This document shows, piece after piece, positions 1 through 13,322 of a DNA stretch of 64,000 nucleotides (positions are counted from its first letter, which is position 1; each line of letters starts with the position of its first letter). Source of the stretch: Cycas panzhihuaensis (Eukaryota; Plantae; Cycadophyta). The notes under the pieces are model-generated. The model did no database searches and was not told the origin of the DNA. It saw nothing but the letters and a program-made list of their open reading frames with translations. The DNA lies in contig CM041465.1 of assembly GCA_023213395.1 (NCBI GenBank), positions 87,427,741-87,491,740 of the forward strand, read 5' to 3'. The position numbers and the translations under genes are program-made.

Positions 1-216
1 TAAGCATATAACCACATTATAACCGTGTGTTTTGATTTCTCCTTGTGACCCCTTGTTCGACCTGGACTATTGTTTTTGCCTTTGTGATTGTGTCCAAGTA
101 GCACATACGGTGTCTGAGAGAGTTTGCTCTCTCCCTTATTGGGCAAGAATCTCCTTTACCTTGGATTTTTTGTAGAGTTGTATGAGAGGTCATCCTCTCT
201 TACAGGTTACACTTTC

Positions 217-233
217 TAGTGACCTTATTAGGA
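217..233 (+). promoter_or_regulatory. Degenerate primer-binding site (tRNA-Arg-like) of element F
   Basis: TAGTGACCTTATTAGGA five bases after the LTR-terminal CA; aligns with PBS of A (TGGTGACTATACTAGGGA) and B (TAGCGACCATACTAGGGA). Confidence 0.6.
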
Positions 234-339
234 ACTTGCCAGTTGGGAGGTTGGTGGTATACCATTAGCCTTCTCTCGTATATTACATTTCAATATTCAC
301 TTTAGGGTGGCTCATTTGGTGCGGCCTTATTGAGTTTGT

Positions 340-3300
340 AAGTATTACTTGCCATCTTGTTTGCTTCCTAAGGTGACAAGTGCACCCCTTTGTTTGATCT
401 TGCCTCTTACTTTTGAGGGTAGTCCCTTGTATGCCTTGATATTCTCGAAGTTTACAAGGCCTTCCTCCCTTGGATCCTTATCCCTTGTCTCTTCACCCAT
501 CAAGTATACTTCGATGGTGGAGCAATCCCATCAACTTTGGGTCATTGACCCCTTTGCTACCCAAACACCTGAGTGGTCCTAAAAAGTCAAAGATGCTTAT
601 GCCTTTCCTCCACACCACCCTATTGGAGTATATAGATCTTACCCACCACACAAGCTTGATTCAATTTATCAAAATCCGGTAGGATCCCCTACACATATTA
701 TTGGAACCACCCAAGTGCAGTTTATTATGTCTTCATCTGAGCCATTGGCCTACACATCCTAGTAGGATCTATGACGCGTAGCCATATCATATCTCTAACT
801 TATTCATACCTTGAAGAAGTCCTTCAAGATCATTACCTCATTGAAGGCATGCTTCAATGGGATTTCTTTGGGTTCAACATCTTCTACTCCTAACTTCTCT
901 TGGATCACTCATATGTTTAACGTCATAAGTCTTGGGACAAAGTGTACCTCCATTTGTATCTCAACCCCAACAGGAGGTAGCCATCCAAGTCGCTATGTCG
1001 TCCCTTCAAGCTATAGTTGCAACATCAACCCCTACCTTAACTAATACGAGATTGATCCTACCCTCATAGTTTACCCCACTTGTCCTATCGACTTTGGAAC
1101 TTCACTCATCCATCACCCAACCTTTTGGGGTTTGGGCAAACCCTACTATTCCACCTCATTTAATACCCCAACAATTTATTGTTGGGGGTATGGCAAGTCT
1201 TATCCCACAATCTACTCAAATTGTGGTGGGGTGTACTCCTACCCCGCATGTCTTAGTTGGATACATACCCAAAAAGTGGGGGTATGTTGGGCCTCAACCC
1301 TATCACATATACAATGTGAATTTGATTCATCTATATGGGATAGCCCCTCCATTTGGGGGCCTATATGGTCAAAACCCATTTCAACATCCCTCTGTTTATC
1401 CTTCTCCTACACCTTTGAATATGATTTCTATTAAGAAACTCTTGTGTAAAGGGGAATGCCTCACCAAGCCCAAACCACTATTAATGCATGGTAAACACCC
1501 ACTTAGGTCGCTCAAACCCCTCTTACCTACACCTATTTCCCTAGGAACCCTAGGTGTAGAGGAAATATACCTCATGCAGCCAACCCACCTCTAGTTGGGG
1601 GCAATCCTTCAACCCGTTCAACCATATCAAGCCTACCATCAGGGGCCTCGCCTCTATGGTGCTATTGAAGGCCAATGTCCTTATGAATTACAACTTTTAC
1701 CTATGGACTCATAGGCCCAACCTACAACATGCTCGTACGTTGACTATATGAGTAGTTCATTGTCCCTCGACGTGCTTAGGACCAACTTGTCACGCATCCA
1801 CCTCAAGTTCCTAAGTTGTTGGGACAACTCAACAAGATCCTACGAACCATGTTAAAGCTTTTACCATGGCATGTATGGATTACTTACCCTATGATATTAT
1901 GATGAAGTTATTCTTGCACTCCGTCCATAGGGATACTCTTAAATGGTTTTATTGTCAACCCCCACATTCTATTCACACCTTCCAACAACTAGTTGACACT
2001 TTTGTCAACTATTTTGGCGTGCCTAGACCTTTCGAGAGTGGGGGCTAAGACCCTCCTCTCCCTTAAACAAGGTCCTAATGAGCTTAACAAGGATCTTGTT
2101 AGGCACTTCCATGACCTCCTTTATTCTTCTAAGTCCACATTGTCTGAAGAGTTGAAGTGAGATATTTTTATTAATACCCTTCGTCCTAAGGTACATGTGG
2201 AAGTGCATAAAATGGGAGCCACCACATATGAGAGTGTGGTAGGCAAATACCTTGCCTCTGAGTCTATTAAGATCCAGATGATAATCAAGAAGTTCACCAA
2301 ACCAACCTAGAGACATGAAGCTTCTACACAACCTAAAGGACTAAACTCCATGTTGATATTATCGATAAGATTATAAATTCCCTTACTTGTGTCATTCACT
2401 CATTTGAAAGAACAATTTGGGACCTCAAGCTACAACTTAAGCCACTGAAATGTGTAATTTGTAACTTCAAAGTCAACAAAACCATTGACCTATTCATCAA
2501 ACTACCCAACAACCTTCTCAGCTTAAGGGTAATAAGGGAGATGCTCCCCTTGTTGTGAAGAAGTGGAGTTGGGTCCATTAGAGTTATGCCCATGATGACG
2601 ATCAACATTGTACTCAACACCCAAAGCTTTTACCTCTTTGAGAGCCTTCTACACCTCTAACATTGAGGCCCAACCTTGATCAACAAATCTATAAGGATCC
2701 CTTCCTTCAACATCATGGTGGTTCTAAGTCTTGGGCATCAAAGGTTAAGGGCAAATCCCCATAGACCCAAATTACCACTTTTCAACCAAGTGTTACATAA
2801 TAAGAGCAATATTAGCCTTTGGCAAAGGCCTAATCCACTGAATTGGGAGAAGTTGGTGAACATTATAATGCAAAGGGTAAGCGTATTATTGCCCACCCAT
2901 TGTTACCTGAGTTCACGCAGCTTGGGAAGTTGACACTTCCTCTCTTAACCCTCAACCTATCGAGATCCCTATGCTCCCCAAGGTTATCCTTGTTCATCTT
3001 AGTCGTTACAACATGAGGAGGGTGCTCCCCTAACCTACTTGTAAAGGGAAGCCCTTGTCCATTATCGAGGAGCTTCAGTTTGTCTCTACTAGCATGTCCA
3101 TGATGGATGTTTTATAAAGTTGCCCTGATCAATGACAGTTACTATTGAATGCGTTAGGACCTTGTGAGGTTAGTTCTATTTTTGTTAAACAATCAACTAA
3201 ACCTCTTTTGTGAATTGACCCAGAGGAAGCCCCTTCCTCGAAGAAGATAAAGTGCCAACTCCTCTTCCCCTTCTTTATTAGCATTGAAACTCCTAATTGT

Positions 3301-4130
3301 GTCCTATAAAGGACGGTTTTTTATAATAGACCATCTATTAATGCCATGCTTGCCTGCATGCTCAAAGAGTTGGGCATTAATGCCCTTAAGCCTTTTATTG
3401 AGGATATGATGGCTTCTCCAAGGCCCACTCAGGGATGGTCATCATTGCCCTTACCCTTAAGGATAAAATTGTCCCCACTGAGATTATTGTCTTGGATATT
3501 GATGTGGATTAGAACCTCCTTCTAGGGACGCCATGGTTTAACCAAATGGAGGCTATTTGTTCCAATCCTTGGGGACAACTCAAATTTGTTTATAATGGAA
3601 AGATTCATACCATACAACACCATGAGTGGAGCCAATCTAACCCCCAATAACCCATACAAGCCAGTTTTAATAATAAAAAGAACAAGGAAGAATTAGGTTC
3701 TTCGTTCTAGGATGAAAGACCCAAGTTTGACCATGGCCCAACCCTTCTCAAGTTAGACACGATTCACTTTGTACCTATAGGTGTGTGGCACTACATATAT
3801 GTGGGTATCCTTAATGATCATGAGTTTGGTGATGAGGATGCCCTTGTGTAAACCATAAATATATTCAATCATGTTAGGGATACCACTCCCCACCCTTGCA
3901 CAAGACTCCTTGCCTTGACCCTTTCTCATACTTAACCCTGATATTGGTTCTATTGCAGGTGATGGAGTTTATTTTGGGAGATCCTCCCTTTAACTCTCTA
4001 TGGGACATTTTCAATACTCATCATTCACCATCGACATATCTTTTTTAGTCCATTGGGCTCCCACACTAGGATGACTACCTTGAATAATCCCAACAACTCA
4101 TAGATTTGGGCCATGATGCCAACCTTGATT
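340..4130 (+). pseudogene. gag-protease pseudogene of element F (Pro-rich N-terminus, capsid, protease)
   Basis: ORFs 1094-1594 (Pro-rich) and 1866-2048 (capsid) are colinear with A 19800-21000. Protease C-terminal motif (DVD.NLLLGTPWFNQM) at ~3495-3550. Many stops and frameshifts; boundaries approximate. Confidence 0.75.
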
Positions 4131-5099
4131 TACTCCTTTCCCTCCCCCAAGTTGGCGATAAATTAGTGTTGGAGCAGAATTATTTATAAAACAATTGGGG
4201 CCTTGTCCAATTACTCAACATTGCTAAGTCCCTAACCATAACACTTCTTACTTTAATAGCAGGTAGTGGCATTGCACCACGACCATTGTCACTTGCACAA
4301 TTACGACACATGATAACATCCTAACAATTTTTAATGCCTGTCACAATGTGAGAGGGTGCATTGGCCTACATGGCAACCAACCCAAGTAGCACACCCTCGA
4401 AATGGCCAATTCCTTAACAAATACTACATTTGATGCCAAGGCACATCACCCCAAATAAAAAAGACATAAATAGAATAATAATCTATAAAAAATTATATAT
4501 TAGGAGATGTAAGTAGCCATGGATCTACATGGCCTCCTTCCCTTTTGGGCATGTCCCTTGTGCAAATTACACTCCATGTTAATGTTGCCATACTATTGGT
4601 ACTTTTATTTTGCTAGTTTTGTAGGGTACTCCTTGTGGCTCTAATATAAAATGTGCATAAATGCACCTATGAAAAATAAAATAAATAAAGAGATATATCC
4701 CATTACAAATGTAAACTTAGTACAACTTTATAAATAAAATCATCTCTGATATGTGATAGAACAAAATGCATGATGATCATTGATTTGTTACACTACTGGC
4801 TATCCATGTGGTACACATATATGTATATCCATATATCTATATATCTAATGTAAACTTAAAATATATTACATTTCCATAACCATAACATAAAACACGTCAA
4901 ACTAATGGGGAGCTCAAGTCAACATCCTATTAATACATATACATCAGCAAAAATGGTGAGGCCATATGTCAAGGGAGCTCGTGGTTATGTGAGGAGATAT
5001 ATAATGCTTAATGAACCATCATTCTCTCATCTCACCCTTATGGAACATGTTTACCTCTCCCAAAATAGTACAAAATACCTAGATCATGGATCCCCCTCT

Positions 5100-6750
5100 C
5101 ATCCTCTCTAGGATTCCCCTTCCTTGGGGGATCCTTTACCCTCCATGCAAGATCGTCTCAATAGGATTACTTGGCTCGCCTCGTCTTGTCTCTGTTGTCT
5201 CTCAGTCGTCCTTTGTGATGGTGTATGTGTACGCAATGATCTAGTTGCTATAATCTCAACCATTCATTGTTAAGAGACACACTCAATCCCCCTCCTTGAT
5301 CAACTAGTCTCTCATTGTTTGTCATGTTATCTATTCAGGTCTGCAGTGTAACTGTTTGTACCTTTACCTTGGGTATTGCTTATATCAGCGTTGCCATTGG
5401 GGTCACTTGGCCTTGAAGTTAGGCAATGGTCATCCTATTTACCCCCCACATCTCGAGGGCCCTCATCAGGGGTGTGAATACTCCTATGTGTGGGCAGGCT
5501 AGTGTCGACAGTCCTGTGCCCTCTATGAAAAGTTGGCCCTCCTTTTACACCCGAGGTAGCAATAAGTCCAACACTGTCTTCATGAAGACACTTGTGAAGC
5601 ACTCCAACTTTGCACCATAATATAAAGAAAAGGATCAATTTGAATATCATGTGAAACCAACATAAACATAAGTATAAATATAAAGCTAAACTTCATCATG
5701 TATGTGAAAGGAAGGGTGTAGGTTGAGAGTATACCCTTGACGTCATCAACACCTCTTACTGTTGCTTGCTTCTCTCCTTCCACGTCTCCAATTAGACACT
5801 TCTTTAGCCCTTGCTCTGGTGCAAATCGCTCTACAACTATTGGAACCTCCTTTGTTGCCTCGATCTATTGTGGGGGCATTACTATGCCCCTACATTTAAC
5901 ATTTGCAAGCTCTTATTCATCTAAGTCCTAGTAGACCCTCGTGTAAGAGTCCCGTATAAACCTTTATACTGTGAGATCATCAAACGAGCTAGCATAAATA
6001 CCCTGATTGGTCCCATGCCCCTAAACCTAGCAAGCCACCTATGGATCAGTGGGTCATCGATTGCTATAGGTTGTTGCCCTCTGTGGGGGTGCCCTCCCAT
6101 GCAGTAATTAAAAAATCAATGCTACATAAGGGAGTAGTATAGGAGCCCACTTAAGCCAGCCTCCCTGACCTTATCTAGTTGCCATGTCAAATTATAGTGA
6201 ATCAAGTTGGCTTAGTTAAGCCTTTTCCTAACCTTACATCATGACATGCAATCAAACCAACCTCCAAGGAATATTGAGTAAATGTGTCACATCATTACTC
6301 AAAATAAGATTACACATACTATGAGCTTCCACACTTGCGGAACTTGTGTGTGATCTTAAGTGCGTAGGAAGGTTATTCCCTTGCTAATCCCACTATTTGT
6401 CGTCATAGAAATATATGGCTACTGTTGTATACACCTCGTCATTGTTGGGCAAGGCTCCCAGCTCTGACATTGCCCTTATATACGGTACTCCTAATATCCG
6501 TTGAATATCTCCATCACCTATTTGAGGCAAGTGAAATACTTGCCTTGCTTGGTCCTAATGGGACACGATATCCACCAATAATAGTTGGTATGACAATATT
6601 GCTGTGAGTTGACCAACTGATATAATTCGTAATGCCTCAGAGTTTACTACATTGTGGCTCCTATTCCTGTGGTCAGGCAAAACATGGTTGGTCTAATATA
6701 CTCCCTGCTAGTCACGACCAACATCACTTGCAAGTCACCATAACATTAGT
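5100..6750 (-). pseudogene. Antisense PMD-gene remnant of element F
   Basis: Homologous to A 27300-29250 and D 54100-55540; AT-rich intron-like insert at ~5610-5735 in the position of intron 2. Confidence 0.55.
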
Positions 6751-6813
6751 TAGATATCAAATCACTTATAAACATACTCAAAACTAAACTCCAATTTGGA
6801 ATTTACTTTATTT

Positions 6814-7190
6814 TGTTGGGTAATGTCAAACCTATGATTATTAAATTATTGTAATTATCCATTTGATGTGTACTAAGGGGTCATAGTGCATACACTTCTT
6901 AATGTTGTAGGTCATTGGTTAACTAAGTGGTTCCTAATGTGGGATTAGATAGGCATTGAGTGGTGTGTTATAAATATGTATTAGTTTATCATAATATAAT
7001 TTGGAAGCGATTATTTCTTACAAGCATATTGTGTTATGTGTTTGTCCATGTTTATTCTTTATTTATTCACTTATATAGCGCAATAATTCATAGTCTTGAT
7101 CTTAGGCATGTATATTTCTTTATATTTTGTAGTAGTGATGTTATATAGTCTTGGACCTATTATATATTTCTAATAAGTGGTATTAGAGTT
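6814..7190 (+). mobile_element. Short LTR (6814-7175) plus degenerate tRNA-Met PBS (7178-7189) of a separate LTR element
   Basis: Starts TGTTGGGTAATGT, ends CTAATA (CA decayed to TA), then AG-TGGTATTAGAGT (= TGGTATCAGAGC with two C>T). Internal TATAAATA. Termini resemble the reverse complement of solo LTR 27865-28512. Confidence 0.6.
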
Positions 7191-8399
7191 AGGTTTATCA
7201 TAACTTGATTTGACCCCAGTTAGGTTGTAAGATAATGAGTGTGTCCACATCTTAATGTTTTGATTTAGAACTTATTTACATATGTCTGTTTGTGACTAAT
7301 AAAGAGCGTAGTTTGTTTGTCAGGTGAAGATTTATTGTAGGTTGTGATATTTTCGAACCATGGTTTTGCAGAGTCTGTGTGAGTATGTTGGGGCATGAGC
7401 ATTGAAATCTAACCAAAAGCGTAGGTATTGCAGTTATTTTGAATTCCATAAAGGTTTGATGTTGTTTTATTCATTTTTAGACTATTACATGCATATCTTA
7501 CTAATATACATGTAAGTGTTGTATGCGAGATTGAGAATGGGGCTTTTGAAGTAGGCTTGGCTGCCATGGTAAAGCCAGTGATATGTTAGATAGGCTATTA
7601 TTTTCTCTGCCACGTGATGAAGTGATCATGATTGAGGATGGGGGTTTTGCGGCATAAGTTGCTGTAGTAGATGGTTTGCCCATGAGAGAACACTAGCGTG
7701 TTGGGTCTATAAGATGCAAAACTTGTTGATCTCTTAAGAACCTAACCATGGTCAATGGCATTTATTGCTTGTTCACTTGGGTCCCCCATATCCAGACACC
7801 CTTGAGCACCTTCATGAGCACTTTCAATTCCTTTTTTATACTATTGTACCATTTTTTTACATTATTATTGATCAACTTTTGGTGAGTGGCCCCTTTTTAA
7901 GCCACTTTTACTCTGGCCCATTGTGTTCCCTATCCCATTCAATTTTTTACAATAGAACACAGTCATTCCATTGTAAAAATTAGGACAGGACACCTTGGTC
8001 TCATTACCGTTTTCTCCATGGGCTAGACCCTGTACCGTTGAAAAACAATCGTAACTAGGTGGCCTGTCATATTCTATTTTTTACATTGAGGTGACATCGC
8101 TATGTTGTAAACTTCTTATTGTCAAAAGCTAGAGGCAGACTTAATTAATAAGGGGCACTAGGTACAAAGTTTGCAACCACAAGTATGATGCATCTTGTAT
8201 GATCATTTACTACTGCAAAATATAAGGTTGTCCTACCACTGAGGTAATCTGCTCATATGTCATTTTCTTTCAACAGAAGAAGAGTTTGCATGATCTCCCA
8301 GTGTCCATATCAACAAGTTTATAGCAAGTTATCTAGCCACGGTGATTCCTAGAATTCACATCGACTACATGCTCGAGCAATAAGCACACAATCTCATTG

Positions 8400-9310
8400 T
8401 GCCATTTAGTAACTGTAAATTGAAGAGGCAAAGTAAGCCCACCAAAGGTCGAATACTATACTAAACAAGTATTGAAATCTAATAATGTGTGAGTGTTAAC
8501 CAAATCCCAATCTCTCACAATAGAGACCAGGTGTTCCCCATAAGTAAAGCATCCAAACAAATTACCCATTCCCAAAAATAGCCTTAACCTTGGCCTCTTG
8601 ACCTCTATCCATTGTAATAACCTTACACAATTTCTTTAGCTCAACGATAACCCTTAGATGTAGTGTTGTATTGCCTCCTTTCCTTGATTCCCTTTTTATA
8701 AAAGATCATTGAACCCATGCAGACTGCCCAATGACTTAAGTGTACCTACAAAATCAAAAGGAGAGCTCCCCCTTCTGGTTTTTCCATTCCTCTTCTTCTA
8801 GCTCCTTGACACTTTGTCCATTTCATGGCACCAACTCCACTGCTCCCCTCTTAATTTCCTCTCCCCTTCCGTTCATTTCATTTACTCCACATTCAAGCAT
8901 GCTATTAGACCTCCAAAAAAAAGCCTTTAAAAATAACTCACTCAGCGTACATCTCTCTTTTGACATTGTTTATCTTAACATAATGTTTTATCAACCATTC
9001 TTGACCCATAATCATTCCAAACAATGCCAAAGGGAGGATGTAGACTCCTTGCATAAACCTAACCAAATTCCAATTCTTTTATGATTTATTCAACTTCCCT
9101 CATTTTATCATTGACCACCTACATAATTGAATACTCTATATGCTTCTCCACCTTTAATAAACTAATATAACCTATATTAGAGGATAAAGAGCTATGGCTA
9201 TTCTCTGTTAATAAAGATAAATATAGATTTAGGGAGGATTTTATTATGTATATGATTTATGATGGATTTTTGTTCCACTATCTCTTTATGCAACTATATA
9301 TATAAACATT
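8400..9310 (-). pseudogene. Highly degraded Gypsy protease/RT fragment
   Basis: Minus strand gives VYILPLALFGMIMGQEWLIKHYVKIN (retropepsin C-terminal D-M-I-L-G-x-D-W-L-like) at ~8960-9050 and AKVKAIF (RT thumb KVKAI) at ~8575-8595. Confidence 0.45.
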
Positions 9311-12300
9311 ATTTGTAGCTCAAACATGCTTAATAATCCATTACCTATATTTAGTTGTTATCAGTCAATCCATTTCAACCATATTTCATACATCAGTTAA
9401 TTGCTAATGATCATTATTTATTCTTTAATTCATCAACATGTAAATATCAGTAGGCTATGATAAGACATATTAGGCATATAATTATTGGAATCATATAATG
9501 CATCAATACTAGTTATTATTACTAAACCATACCCTTATTTTTAAAACAATATACTTAAAATAATTATATTATGGGAATATTACAAAGTAAAGGGGTATAG
9601 ATCTTTGACAGATGAATTATAACCATAATCATAATGACAACCATAATATCTATAACCTAGCATTCAAATTTCAATAAGAGGTTTCATAAATTTTAAATGT
9701 AAAGAATAAGAAAAAGGGTTAGAGATATTGCATACTAGTTATTTAATCATAACTTTATGAAACCTTTTTTGAGCTATTATAGCTAGTTCTAATTTCGAAA
9801 TAAATTTTAGAGCCATATAATAAATTGCATATTTGTAAATTACACATCTTGCCAAATAATATTTTTGAAATAAGTTCCAATTGAAGTCTACAATTCAATG
9901 TAATTAGTTGGCGTAAAGAACTTTGATAGTGGTTTATATAATTAGGAATGATGTATTATTGTGCTTATAATTGACGATTTTCAATCTCTACACTTCTAGA
10001 GTTTACATTTAGATGACATTATAGCCTAAAACATAGTCGTAGGTTTAGAGCATGGCAACTAGCACAAGTCTTTTAAAACATGGACAAGAAAAACAAAAAC
10101 ATGCTCCAGTTATCAAATGAGTTTCCAATAGAAGGATGATCAATACAGGTGATTGGGTGCCATTTGATTGGCAATTATGTTAAGGATTCATCATAACAGA
10201 TGTAGATTGGAACAGAGAAAACACCCTTACTAGGGATTGATCAGGGTCAAATTAGGGGCTAATAATGATCACAAATCTAGGACAAACAAGTTAAGAGCAT
10301 TGAGCAAAAATAGTTTAGAACACCATTACTATGTACGGACTAGAAGGAGTTGAGGATTAAGAACAAGATAAAGTCATTGAGCAGGGATCCAAATAGTCAA
10401 TTTAATAAATAAGTGACTAGTATATATAACATAATGCTAGTCAATAAGGTAAATGGACAAATGACGACTTGGCAATGGGATGATTATTAAGATGTATTTC
10501 TTTCATTATAAAAAATGAATCCTACAACTATACATTTGTCACATAACAATTTGCAACTTTCATGATGAAACATTACAGGGTAATAGTTTACTCCGTGTGA
10601 AGTAAGAATATGAATAGTGAAATTCAATGACTATTCATGACAAGGTGGCATGTGTACTTACCAAAAAGAAAAGGAAAGATTTAGAGAGCAACTAATTTAA
10701 TCATTATATATAGAATCAATATCACATTATTTTTTATATTAAATAAAGTTTAATGGAGTACCTAGGATTGCTCTAGTTACTGAAGATCCCTTCTTCCTTA
10801 CATCTTTCTCTCAAAATAATTCTCCATTCTCTAATATTTCTTGTAAGTTAATAGGTGTCTAACTCTCAAATATGAAGGGGGAGAATAATGACACAAAGGA
10901 GAATGATAAAGAAGGGGAATATTAGTGATTTATTCCCAAAATCTAAATTATTTCATTGAACAAGGAAAATATTTATGCATTGATTAAGGGGCTTGGGTTT
11001 GTTTGATTCATTGAAAAAAGAACGAACAAGACCACTCAACCCCCAATTAAAAAAACTTGATTAGAGTTTAAAATATACATTTATACTTAATATACATGAC
11101 CCCATCAAAATGAAGCGTTAAATATATTATATAATGATAACAAAAAGGGGGAAAAGAATAGCCCTTAGAACTTAAGACATCTAACATAACCCCAAGAATA
11201 ACCACTACATCAATATTAGATATTTTTAATAAAATGCATGAGCTAAAATTTCAATGGATTTATTTGATGTAGGCTGAAAAATGCTTGGAAACCCAAACAT
11301 TGATTGATTTGGCTTAAGATCACTAATTTATAGCACTTATAACAAACTTGACATCCGTTAGCCACTGATTCATAAGCATGTGTAATGAAGACTAAATGAG
11401 CATGAAGAAACCCATGTAAATTAATAATTATTCTTTAATGAAGAATATAGGTATTAATATTGGTAATTGATTACCCTTTGTACAAAAGAGGGAGCCTTAT
11501 TTGTATGAGAAATTGGCATAACCCTTTATAATTGTCTCTATTAACCCTTCAATAATATCATTAATCCTATTGATAATGTAATATTTATCATCGTGCAGAT
11601 TATTAATCCTAGTGCACCTTTAAACATGGTGTTAAGTGCATACATATGATGCTTGCTATCATAAATTAAACTCCATGTTAACCTATTTTAAGGACTAGTC
11701 TTACTTATTTACGATATTAAGATATGAGATACACTACAAGTGCACAACAATAGTAAATAAGTGCCATGATTGATAAAGTAATGTATATTTCATTAATAAA
11801 GTGTAATGCTTATAATACACTTTACGTTAGATTAACCAGTGAGAGGATTAGTTACTCGGATTAGTTACTCTACATAACTTCCCTAACTCCTTGATTCTCT
11901 CCATAAATCGAGAAGTGAATAAATGCTCTTTGAAAAAATTCAAACTATGTGTTTGAAGGGTGATTGTAGTGGAGACTTTGGAGGAGCTTTGGGCATGTGT
12001 TATAGGTGATATAATAAAAATTATTATTTCATCCATTTTATTGCAATCAAATCATTCTCATTTACTCCTACTTTAATTTACAATGCAGTCCTAGTTTCTC
12101 TAACATGGCATTATAGTAAGAGATTTGTTTAGTAGATTTTATTTCCATTTCTTGTAATGAAACAGATTCTTGAGGCATTATAGCTACAGTCTAGTGTATT
12201 TCTTGTAAATTTTTATAGATGATTTACAAACCCATAGTTTCTCAAAGAATAAATTAGATGTTTTTGATGGTTGGGTGATTTTGAGACATGAGGGCTTTTT

Positions 12301-13009
12301 TGAACTCGATGTTTTTGCAGAAGTCAGTGGAATTGTTCTAAACTCGTCTAATATCAATTTTAAAGTAAGTACTATTTCAAAAACAATATTTTTTACCCTC
12401 ATTTTGATTTTGGAAACTAAAAAAGGAGGGTGGTTTCAAAACTAAATTTCAACTCATTTTTTCTCCATCTGTAATCAATGTTCCTCTTGTTTGAGGCAAC
12501 AATTGTATAGATCATGTTTATAAATCCCATAAATAATTGTTTATTTGTTAATTATCATCTCTATTTGACTCTCGTGAGAACATCAACCTCCACGACCGCG
12601 CACGAGTTTTTTATGGTTAAAAAATTTTATTTTTTAATAAAATTAACTTTTTAATAAATATTTCTATATTCTATAGTTTATGACTTTAGAATAATGAAAT
12701 TAAGTTTTTTTTCATAAAGTTAGGGGCTTGAACCTTTATTTTTTTGTCTCACGGTTATATTGTGAAAGCAACTTTATGTCTAAAAGGTGCTAATCACTAT
12801 ATCTTTGATGTTTGACCTTTGTTTTTAAAATTCAAGTTGTAGTAATCATATTTTGAGCTATTATTTCATAAATTGAGCTTAGATTTGTAAGCAAACCTTG
12901 CAACCTCTGAGTATTCATATAAAATCATACTTGTGATTATGATTTTATTGCGTTTTTTTCCCCATTATATTGAGTGTAAATATAGCCTGTGACATTCTAT
13001 CTAAGTCAC

Positions 13010-13322
13010 AAAAGCTAAATGGTAAAAATTAAGTAAAAATGAATGAAAATTATTGAAGGCAAAGAATTGAAGCTTATTTAGATAGCTCCTCAAGCTGTAA
13101 TGACTATTGGAACGACTATTGGTACATCCTTTATGGATTCAACAATAACATCCAAAGATGTGGAAGACAAGGAGGATAAAGATTGAGAAGCACTCACAAT
13201 TATTAGTTTGTTTGTTGTAGATGAACTAATTATACATCTACAAGGCAAAATAACATCAGCAGAATCATAACAAACACTGAAGGATCTATATGAAATAAAG
13301 AATGAAACCAGAGCTTTATACC
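13010..13322 (+). pseudogene. Ty1/Copia gag N-terminal remnant, interrupted at 13323
   Basis: KLNGKN..ENY*RQRIEAYL (DUF4219-like), then KD*EALTIISLFVVDELIIHLQGKITSAES*QTLKDLYE (UBN2/Retrotran_gag_2-like). Confidence 0.75.

Larger units (their letters stand above)
1..6810 (+). mobile_element. Element F: old, degraded Tat-group Ty3/Gypsy LTR retrotransposon (5' LTR end, PBS, gag-protease, 3' region with antisense PMD gene); RT/RH/INT absent
   Basis: LTR end ...GGTTACA at 211, then degenerate PBS. Gag capsid motif (ACMDYLPYDIMMKLFLHSV..TLKWFY) matches A and B. Protease region ~3300-3600. 6050-6750 is homologous to the antisense PMD region of A (28520-29250). Confidence 0.75.

Noticed and set aside
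7125-7137. TTTTGTAGTAGTG, a CACTA terminal-repeat-like motif
   Set aside because: Lies inside a putative LTR, with no convincing partner TIR or 3-bp TSD.
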